Below, in pieces: positions 9,097-18,499 of a stretch of DNA of 37,747 nucleotides. The number at the start of each line of letters is the position of its first letter. Within the stretch, counting starts at the first letter, position 1. The stretch comes from a virus (lineage: Duplodnaviria > Caudoviricetes): IMG/VR virus record IMGVR_UViG_3300047399_000078, positions 1-37,747 of that record; one strand, given 5' to 3'. The notes under the pieces are model-generated. The model was not told the origin of the DNA, made no database searches, and was given only the letters and a program-made list of their open reading frames with translations. The position numbers and the translations under genes were made by a program.

Positions 9097-9522
9097 ATGA
9101 ACGGCACTCGTTACAGGTCCCAGTTGCGGACCAACGTTCCGGGAGACACCCGCGTCAGTGGGCGTTTCACCGAGCCAGGGGGCGCAGGCGCCCAGACCAT
9201 GACGCTTGTCGAAGGAGCCCAATACTACGCCAAGCGTACGGCCGACGCCGGCACGTATCAGGTGTTTTTTGGCTCGTCGTCGACGAACCCAGATTCCTTC
9301 AAAGGGCTTGTTTCGTTCACGGCGACGCCAATCATCTTGGACCCGGCAACGGACACGAAGGTTCGTTTTGTGCAGATCAAGTCGATCGATACAAACTCGA
9401 ACGGCACCGTCGCCAGCGTGACGTTTGTGACGCTGAACAAGACGTTCGCCCCGACGACGCTCACGACCGGAGACGGCATCGCTTTTGAAGCGGTCGTCCG
9501 CGGCACGGAGATCAAGGTCTGA
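9097..9522 (+). CDS. putative head decoration / minor virion protein
   Basis: beta-rich 141 aa directly after the capsid gene; GAGGAG RBS. Confidence 0.5.
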   Translation: MNGTRYRSQLRTNVPGDTRVSGRFTEPGGAGAQTMTLVEGAQYYAKRTADAGTYQVFFGSSSTNPDSFKGLVSFTATPIILDPATDTKVRFVQIKSIDTNSNGTVASVTFVTLNKTFAPTTLTTGDGIAFEAVVRGTEIKV

Positions 9523-9794
9523 TGAAGCCGGGGAAAGGAAAGGCCCTCATCGCCATCCTCGGCGCTGGGAAGCCCTCCGACGAGGACGAGGAGGAGGCTC
9601 CGCCCTCCTCCCGTCCTGGTGCCCGGCCGTCTCGCGAGCAGGTCAAGCTCGCTGAGAAGATGCAGATGGCCGACGAGAACGAGGATGCAGAGGCGCTCGC
9701 GCACTGCCTCAAGGCGTTCGTCTACAACTGCATCGACGAGTACGAGTCCATGGAGCACGAGGACGAAGAGTCCCCGGACTCCGAGAAGTACTGA
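9522..9794 (+). CDS. small acidic hypothetical protein
   Basis: TGATG overlap; position in head module. Confidence 0.65.
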   Translation: MKPGKGKALIAILGAGKPSDEDEEEAPPSSRPGARPSREQVKLAEKMQMADENEDAEALAHCLKAFVYNCIDEYESMEHEDEESPDSEKY

Positions 9795-9806
9795 TAGGAG
9801 TTCACC

Positions 9807-10547
9807 ATGTCCCGCTCTCGAACTCTGCCCGAATTGCGAGCTGAAGTCCGCCAGCGCGCGGACATGGTGAACTCTGCCTTCGTGACGGACGCCGAAGTCG
9901 ACCGGTGCATCAACCAGTCGTGGGCACGCATGTACGACATGCTGCTCGCGGCCGGCGAGGATTACTACCTCCAGTACGTCGACGTGAGCACGCCCGTAGG
10001 CGGCTTCTACGATCTCCCGAACTACACGTCGTCCGTCGGCACCGCCGCGACGGACGTGTACCAGATCCGGGGTGTGGACGCGAACTACTCGGGCAACATC
10101 ACGGTCAACGTCCCCAGGTTCAACTGGGAAGAGCGCAACCTCTACCTGGCCGCCCCGGCTCTCACGCCGTACTACCCCATCGTCGCCTATCGGTTCATGC
10201 AGAACCCGACGACCGGGAAGGACGCCATCCAGGTCATCCCGGCCGTCTCGACGGGCGTGACGAACCTGCGTGTCTGGTACTACCCGAACCCGAAGGTCCT
10301 CACCGGAGTCGAGACGCTCGACGGGCGCTCTGGATGGGAGGAGTGGGTCGTGGTCGACGCGGCCATCAAGCTCCTCACGAAGGAGGAGAGCGACACCTCG
10401 CAGCTTGAGCGCGAGGCTGGTCGCATTTGGCAGCAGATTGCCCTCGTCGCTCAGAACCGCGACAGCGGGCAGTCGAAGCGCATCACCGACGTCAGCTACA
10501 ACACCGGCATGTGGCCGTACACCAGCGTCCGATACCGCCGCTGGTAG
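9807..10547 (+). CDS. head-tail adaptor (tail tubular protein A / gp11-like)
   Basis: TLPELRAEVRQRADM...VTDAEVDRCIN...YDLP...WEEWVVVDAAIK pattern; AGGAG RBS. Confidence 0.75.
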   Translation: MSRSRTLPELRAEVRQRADMVNSAFVTDAEVDRCINQSWARMYDMLLAAGEDYYLQYVDVSTPVGGFYDLPNYTSSVGTAATDVYQIRGVDANYSGNITVNVPRFNWEERNLYLAAPALTPYYPIVAYRFMQNPTTGKDAIQVIPAVSTGVTNLRVWYYPNPKVLTGVETLDGRSGWEEWVVVDAAIKLLTKEESDTSQLEREAGRIWQQIALVAQNRDSGQSKRITDVSYNTGMWPYTSVRYRRW

Positions 10548-10562
10548 CAGGAGGGCGCCAGG

Positions 10563-10979
10563 ATGGCCATTACGAAGCCGCAGCAGTTCAACCCTGCTCC
10601 GACCGGCAACCAGGACGTTGACCGCGTCCAGCAGGCTCTCAACGCGACCACGGAGGCCGTTCGCAACGGCCCTCCGCCGCGACAGCTCGTGACGTCGCTG
10701 AGCAAGAACGCACCTGGCCAAGGGGTCACGTTCAAGCCCGGGCAGACGGTGGACATCCCGCACACGCTCGGGAAGACCCCAACGGGCTTCAACATCGCGA
10801 AGGTCGTGACGAACACGCCGAACGCGGGCTCTGCGCCCTACGCCTCGCCGAACTTGCAGGTCGTGCCGGTTCCTGGTCCGCTGGGGCAGAAGATCATGCG
10901 GCTCCGCTACATCGCGCCGAAGGACGATGCGGGCAAAGACGTGGACGCGCCGGTGCGTCTTCACCTGGAGATTTTCTGA
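10563..10979 (+). CDS. virion protein (IPHTLGKTPTG motif)
   Basis: H-x-L-G-x-x-P motif common in small tail proteins; lies between adaptor and nozzle. Confidence 0.6.
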   Translation: MAITKPQQFNPAPTGNQDVDRVQQALNATTEAVRNGPPPRQLVTSLSKNAPGQGVTFKPGQTVDIPHTLGKTPTGFNIAKVVTNTPNAGSAPYASPNLQVVPVPGPLGQKIMRLRYIAPKDDAGKDVDAPVRLHLEIF

Positions 10980-13900
10980 TGCCGACTCAAGACTCGATCA
11001 TCTCCATCCCGTTCGTGGCCGGGCTCAACCAGCAGCTCGACCCGGACCAGCTTCAGCCGCCGGAGCTGATCAAGGCGGAGAACGTGGTCGTTCGCCGCGG
11101 CGGGCGGCTGGAGAAGCGCGGCGGCATGCAGCTCGTCACGCCAAGTGCGGTCTTCGATAGTTCCGGCGCTGGGCTCGACCCAAACATCGAGGCCCTCGGA
11201 GCAAACGATGGCAAGGACGGCACGACGGCCATCCTTGCAGCAGGGTCGAAGCTCTACGAGTATGTCGGCCTCGACGCGACCCATGGCTGGCGTCAAGTCA
11301 ACCAGCTCCCTTCGTGCCTTGGCACGCTCCACTCCGTCGACGCGACCGGCGGCGACATTATTGAGGTGGAGTCCATGCTCAACGACGCCGGCACCTTGCG
11401 GTGTACGGCGTGGGTCCTTGGCGTGCGCAACGGCCAAGACATGACCAACGATACGGCCATCTCGTCGCAGCCGGCGACAACGTACGGCCTTTACGTTGCA
11501 GTCCAGCGCGTGTCTGACGGCTCGTTCGTGACTCGGCCCACCCGCGTCCAGACGCCATCGGGAGTGGACACGACGCAAGTCGTCGACTTGCGCATGGCGC
11601 TGGTTACTAATGCGGCATCAACGACTCGCAACTGGATCATCGCGTTCAGGCTTGGGTACGCCGAAATCGCAGCACTTGTCGTTAAGTCGATCGATGGGAC
11701 CGTTCTGACAACCAAGTCGCTGCTTGGGTACACTGACCGCCCATACCACCGCTCGTTCGACATTACCGGCGTGCCCGGGGAGAACCGCGTCTTGTTCGCG
11801 TACTGCGACCAGGACACCCTGCTTGGGAACGCCGACGTGAACCTGCGGCTTCTCTCATACGACGACACGACAGGCGTATTCACCACGATTGCCACGAGCG
11901 CTGGCGCCCTTGCCGCCAACGGAGTCGGTGGCGCAGCTGGGGTATATAACTGGCTGAGCTTTGCCGTCCGTGGGGTCGTGCTTGAAACCGAGCCCGCGAC
12001 TGCGACAATCAGCATGGCGGTTCGCGTCGTCTTTGAGTCGTCTGGTGCCCCAGGCGTACTCGACGGCAAGCTCGTGGCCGTCCGCATGCTGGTGACAGCC
12101 GGAGCTGTTGTCTACCTTGCCTGGGCGTGGGCGCACCGCATTGGATTCCAGACGTCTGACGACTTCGTGACTCGATTCGGACCAAAAGTCGTTCGAGCTA
12201 GAAGCGGGAGTATTGGCGACTACTTGTCCAGCGGCATCAAAAATCCGTCTCTCACCAACTCTCCGACGTCATCAATTGTCATTACCGGCAAGTTCTACGA
12301 CACGACAACACAGACATACCTTTCCACTCCTGGCATCGGGTACATGGATGGGTATGGGTGGATTACCGGGCTCTCTCTCTACAATGGCCCGAATGACAGT
12401 GTGGTTGCGACTGGCGCCGTAACGCGCAATTACTTTGGAACCACGCTGCCCACTATTCAAAATGCGTTCCCTCGCCACGCCCATTCGTACCCGGCCGACA
12501 CCAAGTCAGCCGTGATCATGCAGCCGACACCTGTCGCCGCTCCGCTTGTCCAAGGTCAAGTTCAAATCAACAAACAGCAGGTGACGAGGCTTGTCCCAAA
12601 AGCCGGCGCGACGATCGCGGCTGTCGCCTTGCGAAACAACCTCGTTTATTGCGACCTGCGAAGAGCCGGCGTCGTATGGGCAAAAGCCATCATCATCTTT
12701 GGGCCAAACGGCGAGTATTCGAGCGTCGCCATCTATGATGGAAACCCGGGCAACCCGGCGGCCGTCGCCCCGAGCAGCTATCATGTCGACGACATCTCTG
12801 TCACGGCTCCTCCGGCTTTGGTTGGCGTGTACGCTGTTGCGGCCGCTGACTTGGAAATGTACGATGACCTGAACTCGAACTTGACGTATGCGGCGGGGCA
12901 ATTTGCCTTGGACAAGGCCGGCGACAAAACTGTTGTCCCACAATCGCAATTCGACTCCGTCGTCGGGCCAGAGGAATGTGTCCACCGCTGGGACGTCCGC
13001 AGCGCAGGGTCTTATACGTTCGTTGCGCTTTCAAGCGTATCGGCAGGGACAATTCAGACGCCGTCTGGCCAAACCCCGTATGGGTACGCAAGCCCGTTTG
13101 CGCAAAACAACTTCTTTGAAGTGTACGCGTGGGACAACTCCAATGCCGCGACGCTTGCAGGCTATGCGATGGCTGTCTCTAACACGCTCGCGTGCGCGCT
13201 TGGCGGCCCATGGAGGCTCGTTTCCAGCATGGCGACGATGCCAAATGGAAACATTGGCTGCGTCGTGTCACCTGGCGGCGACCCGATGCAGCGGAGCGCA
13301 TACCTCGTCTCGTTCAGCCCAGCCGGCCCGACGTTTGGGTCAATTGACCTTGGTAAGCCAAACTCCGGTGGTGTGACAACCCCTCGCACTGCGGAAGACG
13401 TAAAGTATTCCGACAACAGGGGCCTGTTCGTCGAATCTCTCAACATGCCTCGCACGATGGCTGTGGCGCTTAACGTCCCGCGACTCGTTTACAACAGCAC
13501 GTCGGCAGTGATGAACGTAGGGGCGATCCGCGACGGCAGCAATTCTGGCAGCAACGAGGTATTCTCCATTGAATACGACTTCACGCCGGTCAACTGGCGT
13601 TCGCTGCGCAAGTGGGGCGATTACACGGTCGCCAATGGGGGGCTTGTCTCCGCGTATGACGGGGGGTCCTGCAACGAAATCAGCATGCTTGTCTGGCCGC
13701 AGTCGGACCTGACGTCGCTCGCTTACCCGAGGGCGCCGTTTATTGGGTCTGGAAACAACGCGATCTTGCGGACGCAGTATTTCAACTTTAGAATGTACGA
13801 TACCGCTCTCACGTTGGCGGGCTATGATTTCGCGCCGTTTCTGAGGGACGTGCCCAGGCCATATTTTGTGTACGAAGCCGGGATGGCGCCGGACTCAACA

Positions 13901-15892
13901 GACCCGGGTGAGTCATGGGGATACTGGTCGACGTCGTGGGGCGGGCGTCCAGAGCAATCATATGAAACGATTATGGCAGGCGCCCCGCGGGAGTCAGTGA
14001 CGCCAAGAACGTCGACAAAAGACACGTATTGGGCCAGTGGCGTTGACGGCGTAACGAACTATCACTTTTACGGTCGTTACCAGTCTGGCTATTCCACGGG
14101 GAAACAATGGCCCAGTGGCAGCACCAAGCCGGCGAACGAACCTGACGCGGCATATCTTGTCGTCTGGGCTCCTCGGTCGGCGGATGGCGTTACAAAAATT
14201 GACGACGACACAAACAACTACTCGCCGACTGTTGCGAATGGAGACTTTTTGGCGGCGTGGACGTACGAGTGCGTCGATGGGACGGGAAGGGTCGTACGAA
14301 GCGCGCCGAGTGCCGCCGTTAAATTTACCATTGTGTCCGTTGTGTCCGGGACGGATGCGAACACGGCGAGCCCGTCCATCCGTTTTGCGGAATACCGGCA
14401 CGGGTTCTTCGCGCCTCGTCTTGAGCTGACAAACCGGAAAAGGACTGCGGCATCGGATCCCCGGCGCGTCGTTCTCCAACCGTACTTCACGGCTGAGCCA
14501 TTCTCTTCAGTCCTCTACAAGGTCCCGTTCACGAACTTTCGCGCGGGGTATCAAAACGACTTCGTCATCCCCAGGAATGCGACGCGCGGAGTCGTGCCGT
14601 ACAGCGGTGCCCCGCGCACGACGGGCGACCCGTACGGGTTCGCGACGTCCACGCTGTCGTGCTTCGACGGCCCGACCGGGGAGTACAGCGGCCTCCTCTC
14701 ACAGCCGTTCCTCTACACGACCGGGAACGTGCTCGACAACGTGCCGCCGCCTTCGGCTAAGGTGATGTGCGTGCATCAAAACCGCCTTATCCTCGGCGGT
14801 GCCGATGACGCGACTATCGTTTGGATGTCGAAGGAGTTGTCGCCGTCTGAGGCTCCTGGCTTCAACGATGCACTGACGTTGACCATCGAGGAAGCAGGCG
14901 CAGTGACCGGCCTCGCGTCGCTGAACGGCAACCTCATCGTGTTCAAGCGCAGCGCCATCTTCGTCGTCCCGGGCGTCCTCCCGGACGCGACGGGCTACGC
15001 GCCGTCGATGGGGCAACCGATCAAGCTACCGGCGGGCGTCGGGAGCATCGACCATCGCTCCGTCGTTGAGACGCCGGTGGGCGTGTTCTTTCAGTCCGAG
15101 CGCGGACTCGAAGTCCTCTACCAAAACCTCCAAGTTGAGCAGGTCGGGCAGAAGGTGAAAGAGGTGCTTGCGGCGTACCCGAACATCGTCTCTGCGGTAC
15201 ACATTCCTGACAACCAGGAGGTGCGCTTCATCGCAAGTGCAGCGGCGGGGGGCTCGATCGGGATTTGTTACAGCTACCAGTTCAACGTCTGGTCGACGCA
15301 CACGTACGGAACTGCCATTGGGGACCGCAAATATCAGATGGCGCTTGTCGACGGAAAGCCGTGGCTCGCATGCGAGTTGTTGACTTACGGTGCGTGCGTA
15401 TACAAAGAGTCGAGTACGAGCGCGATCGACGTTGCGCCGGACCCGTGGGGCGTGTTGCCATTTGTGCCCTACTACGTAACGATGACGGTGGAGACGGCTC
15501 CCATCGACGTGAACCAGGTACAGGGCTACCAGCGCATCAAGCGCGCGCGCATCTTGGCCACAAACAACGTGATTCTGAACCAGGTGCCGGACCTGACTCC
15601 AACAGTGCAGATGCAGCTTGCGACTGACTACGCCGCTAGCGGAGCCCAGACGGCGTCGTGGACGCCGACGCAGGTCAACTCGGTTATCTCGACGCAGGGG
15701 CGAGCGCAGCTCGAAGTCCACGTCGCCGAGCAGAAAGGCCAGAAGCTATCGGTGCGCTACGTGGAGGGGCTGCCGACTGATGCGTTCACCGTGAGCAGCA
15801 AAGGCTGGGGCCTGGCGCTATCGAACATCGCCCTCGTTGTCGGCTTGAAGCGCGGTCTTGACAAGCGTATCCTCCCCGAAGCGAAGCATTAG
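10979..15892 (+). CDS. tail nozzle / DNA stabilisation protein (P22 gp10, T7 gp12-like) with a very large internal insertion
   Basis: N-terminal GLNQ...AENVV...GRLEKRGG; C-terminal beta-propeller motifs HQNRL, VTGLASLNGNLIVFK, GVGSIDHRSVVETPVGVFFQS. Confidence 0.75.
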   Translation: MPTQDSIISIPFVAGLNQQLDPDQLQPPELIKAENVVVRRGGRLEKRGGMQLVTPSAVFDSSGAGLDPNIEALGANDGKDGTTAILAAGSKLYEYVGLDATHGWRQVNQLPSCLGTLHSVDATGGDIIEVESMLNDAGTLRCTAWVLGVRNGQDMTNDTAISSQPATTYGLYVAVQRVSDGSFVTRPTRVQTPSGVDTTQVVDLRMALVTNAASTTRNWIIAFRLGYAEIAALVVKSIDGTVLTTKSLLGYTDRPYHRSFDITGVPGENRVLFAYCDQDTLLGNADVNLRLLSYDDTTGVFTTIATSAGALAANGVGGAAGVYNWLSFAVRGVVLETEPATATISMAVRVVFESSGAPGVLDGKLVAVRMLVTAGAVVYLAWAWAHRIGFQTSDDFVTRFGPKVVRARSGSIGDYLSSGIKNPSLTNSPTSSIVITGKFYDTTTQTYLSTPGIGYMDGYGWITGLSLYNGPNDSVVATGAVTRNYFGTTLPTIQNAFPRHAHSYPADTKSAVIMQPTPVAAPLVQGQVQINKQQVTRLVPKAGATIAAVALRNNLVYCDLRRAGVVWAKAIIIFGPNGEYSSVAIYDGNPGNPAAVAPSSYHVDDISVTAPPALVGVYAVAAADLEMYDDLNSNLTYAAGQFALDKAGDKTVVPQSQFDSVVGPEECVHRWDVRSAGSYTFVALSSVSAGTIQTPSGQTPYGYASPFAQNNFFEVYAWDNSNAATLAGYAMAVSNTLACALGGPWRLVSSMATMPNGNIGCVVSPGGDPMQRSAYLVSFSPAGPTFGSIDLGKPNSGGVTTPRTAEDVKYSDNRGLFVESLNMPRTMAVALNVPRLVYNSTSAVMNVGAIRDGSNSGSNEVFSIEYDFTPVNWRSLRKWGDYTVANGGLVSAYDGGSCNEISMLVWPQSDLTSLAYPRAPFIGSGNNAILRTQYFNFRMYDTALTLAGYDFAPFLRDVPRPYFVYEAGMAPDSTDPGESWGYWSTSWGGRPEQSYETIMAGAPRESVTPRTSTKDTYWASGVDGVTNYHFYGRYQSGYSTGKQWPSGSTKPANEPDAAYLVVWAPRSADGVTKIDDDTNNYSPTVANGDFLAAWTYECVDGTGRVVRSAPSAAVKFTIVSVVSGTDANTASPSIRFAEYRHGFFAPRLELTNRKRTAASDPRRVVLQPYFTAEPFSSVLYKVPFTNFRAGYQNDFVIPRNATRGVVPYSGAPRTTGDPYGFATSTLSCFDGPTGEYSGLLSQPFLYTTGNVLDNVPPPSAKVMCVHQNRLILGGADDATIVWMSKELSPSEAPGFNDALTLTIEEAGAVTGLASLNGNLIVFKRSAIFVVPGVLPDATGYAPSMGQPIKLPAGVGSIDHRSVVETPVGVFFQSERGLEVLYQNLQVEQVGQKVKEVLAAYPNIVSAVHIPDNQEVRFIASAAAGGSIGICYSYQFNVWSTHTYGTAIGDRKYQMALVDGKPWLACELLTYGACVYKESSTSAIDVAPDPWGVLPFVPYYVTMTVETAPIDVNQVQGYQRIKRARILATNNVILNQVPDLTPTVQMQLATDYAASGAQTASWTPTQVNSVISTQGRAQLEVHVAEQKGQKLSVRYVEGLPTDAFTVSSKGWGLALSNIALVVGLKRGLDKRILPEAKH

Positions 15893-15900
15893 GAGCGGTC

Positions 15901-16776
15901 ATGCCATTCGATCCAGCAACATTCGGAGTCGTGGCTGGGACCTCGGTCCTTGCCCCGATCATCTCCAAGGGAATCGGTTCGCTCTTCGGGCTCGACGAGC
16001 CAAGCGCGCAAGAGCGCGAGGCGGCGCGGATGCAGCAGGAGGCGCTGGCCAGCCTACGCAAGACGGCAGAGGGGCAAACCGCGTCCCCCGCTCAACTCGA
16101 AGCACTTTACCAGCGCAACCGCACCATCCAGGCGCTTGCCGGCATGGCGCAGCAGGGCACGGCCCAGCAGCGCGCGGGGAACGTGCGTGCTGCGATGCAC
16201 GCAGCGCCGGAGGTTATGGCTCAGCAGGGGGCGATTGCCGCGAAAGCTCGGGCGGACGAGATGGCTCGTGCTCGTGAGGCCCTGGTGGGTATGACCGCGA
16301 GCGTCGCTCAGCAGCAGGCAGCGGCAGGGCGCGCCGGGCGCGAGTACACGCAGCGGCTCATCGGCGCAGGCATTCAAGGCATCGGAGCGGGCGCAGCGGC
16401 CGGGCTGGAGGCCGGGAAGGCTGGTGCGGCTGCCCCCGCGGCGGCGTCAACCGCTCAGACGGCCACGACGAGCCAGCCTCTTACGGCTGCGCCTGGAGAG
16501 ACGGCGCCCGCGGGGCCGATGCGGCAGGTCGACACGAGTAGCTTGATGAGTCCCGCGCCGACCAGCATGGCCGTGCAGCAGCAGGCCAGCATGGCGGCGT
16601 CACCGATGCAGCTCGGCGTGACGACCGGCACTCAGCCGACCGTCGCTCCGAACCTCGGACTTGCCCCGCCGTCCGGAGTGTACGGCGGGAGCATTACGCG
16701 CCGATTGATGGACGGAGAAGGCATGCATCTTACTCAGCCCTCGCTTCAACTTGGCCGATACGGCGGGAGGCGCTGA
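15901..16776 (+). CDS. internal virion / DNA ejection protein
   Basis: Ala/Gln/Gly-rich helical protein with hydrophobic N-terminus, after the nozzle gene. Confidence 0.6.
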   Translation: MPFDPATFGVVAGTSVLAPIISKGIGSLFGLDEPSAQEREAARMQQEALASLRKTAEGQTASPAQLEALYQRNRTIQALAGMAQQGTAQQRAGNVRAAMHAAPEVMAQQGAIAAKARADEMARAREALVGMTASVAQQQAAAGRAGREYTQRLIGAGIQGIGAGAAAGLEAGKAGAAAPAAASTAQTATTSQPLTAAPGETAPAGPMRQVDTSSLMSPAPTSMAVQQQASMAASPMQLGVTTGTQPTVAPNLGLAPPSGVYGGSITRRLMDGEGMHLTQPSLQLGRYGGRR

Positions 16777-16777
16777 G

Positions 16778-18493
16778 ATGGCACCTCCAGTCCAGCAGCA
16801 GTCGGGGTTGCAGCAACTCGGCGAGGCTTTCACCGACAACCCGGTTGTCAACATTGTGAAAAAGGGAGCCAAGGCCGTCGGGCAGACGATTGCCAAAGCA
16901 GCGCCAGCAGGGGGAGTTTCTGCTCCGCCGGTTGCGGCGGGTGCATGGCGTGAAGGCGGTGGCGGTGACGGTGATGCCGCGGGCGGCGCGGACCTTGGGA
17001 TGGAGGAGCCGCGGAACTCGTACTTCCAGCGCGAGCTTAACGCGCCGCAGCGCACGCCGGCTGAGATTGCGGCGATGGCCGAGGGCATGTTTGGGGCTCC
17101 CCAGCTCGCCTCTGGCGGCGGCTACACCGCCGAGCGGGCGGGCGTGGCGAAGGGCTTTGGCGAGGCCGAGCAGATGCACCAGGAGGCGGCTAACCGCGTC
17201 CTGGAGGCGCAGGCAAAGTTCCGCCAAGAGGCGGCTCCACTTGCCGCGCAGCAAGCCGAGCGGCTCAAGCTCGCCGAGGAGGCGGAGCGCGGTCGCGTCG
17301 GGCGCATGAAGACGCTCGGCGAGCAGCAGGACACGCTCTCGCGCGAGATGGCCGGCAAGGTCGAGGGCTTCAAGGTCGACCCGAGCCGACTCTTCGGCCA
17401 GGGCGGCGAGCGCGCCATGACGCAGTTCACGCTGAGCATCGCCAACGTCCTGAGCAACGTCGGCGAGGCGATGCAGGGCAAGGGAGCCACGAACGCCGTC
17501 ATGGGCCTCGTGCGCGACCGTATCGCGCAGGACATCGCTCTCCAGGAGAACGACTACCGTCGGATGCTCCAGGGCTACGAGGTGCGCCGCAACGGGCTCA
17601 TGGACGCGGTGCAGATGGTCGGCAACGAGCGCGCGGGGGCGGAGGCGCTGGCGAAGCAGCAGGCGCTTGTTTACGCGAACCAACTCGACCAGCTTGCGGA
17701 CCGCGTTGGGCTCACCGACGCAAAGCTGGCGTACACGTTCAAGGACGCCGCTGCGAAGATGAAGATGCAGGTCGCGGCTCACGAGCAGCAGGCCAAGCAG
17801 TTCGACGTCAACCAGGTCAACGAGGCGCGACGAGTGGGGGCGACGATCGCGGCCGAGACGTCGAGGGCGAACGCTCAGATGATCAACACTCAGAACACGG
17901 CTCGCGCGCAGTGGATGGCCTCGGTGAATCAGCTCACCGACAAGGACACCGAGCGCGCGCAGAGGATGATCGACCAGGCGTCGAAGGATCAGAAGCTCCC
18001 GCAGTTGCACGGCATCCTCCAGAACCTCAAGCGGGTCTACGCGATCCCGGGCGCCGCCGACGAGCTTGGCGGCTTCAAGCAGTCGTACATGGAGAGCGTC
18101 GGCAAAGAGGGCGACGCAAGCGCGTTCGCCCGGTGGAAGGCGGAGAAGGTTTCCGGCTCGATGACTCCGGCGCAGCGCAACTTCCTCGACCTTGTGACGC
18201 AGTTCCGCGCTCTCAAGTCGACGAGCCAGGGCGGCAAGGCCATCACGGGCATCGAGGACTTCCTCTTCAACCCGTTCCGCGGCGTTCAGCCGCAGGACAT
18301 GCCCGCCAAGTTCCAGCGGCTTGAACGCGAGATCGAGTTTGACCGAGACACGATCCTCAAGCAAGCCGGGTTCCCTGCCGGTTCGCCGGCCTCGCGCTAC
18401 CTCGCGGGCCGCCTGAACGAGATGATTCCCGTCGTGGCGCAAGAGGCCACTTCGTTCACCCCGCAACCGAGCGCTATCTCCGGGGAGAAGTAA
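16778..18493 (+). CDS. internal virion / DNA ejection protein
   Basis: GGAGG before ATG 16778; Ala/Gln coiled coils. Confidence 0.6.
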   Translation: MAPPVQQQSGLQQLGEAFTDNPVVNIVKKGAKAVGQTIAKAAPAGGVSAPPVAAGAWREGGGGDGDAAGGADLGMEEPRNSYFQRELNAPQRTPAEIAAMAEGMFGAPQLASGGGYTAERAGVAKGFGEAEQMHQEAANRVLEAQAKFRQEAAPLAAQQAERLKLAEEAERGRVGRMKTLGEQQDTLSREMAGKVEGFKVDPSRLFGQGGERAMTQFTLSIANVLSNVGEAMQGKGATNAVMGLVRDRIAQDIALQENDYRRMLQGYEVRRNGLMDAVQMVGNERAGAEALAKQQALVYANQLDQLADRVGLTDAKLAYTFKDAAAKMKMQVAAHEQQAKQFDVNQVNEARRVGATIAAETSRANAQMINTQNTARAQWMASVNQLTDKDTERAQRMIDQASKDQKLPQLHGILQNLKRVYAIPGAADELGGFKQSYMESVGKEGDASAFARWKAEKVSGSMTPAQRNFLDLVTQFRALKSTSQGGKAITGIEDFLFNPFRGVQPQDMPAKFQRLEREIEFDRDTILKQAGFPAGSPASRYLAGRLNEMIPVVAQEATSFTPQPSAISGEK

Positions 18494-18499
18494 GGCACC

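Noticed and set aside
9060-9100. Capsid read-through or frameshift extension
   Set aside because: Tandem stops TGATAA, no slippery heptamer, and the next gene has its own RBS
4741-10964. Long minus-strand ORFs (635, 842 and 568 aa) opposite portal, capsid and adaptor genes
   Set aside because: Same high-GC codon-symmetry artefact
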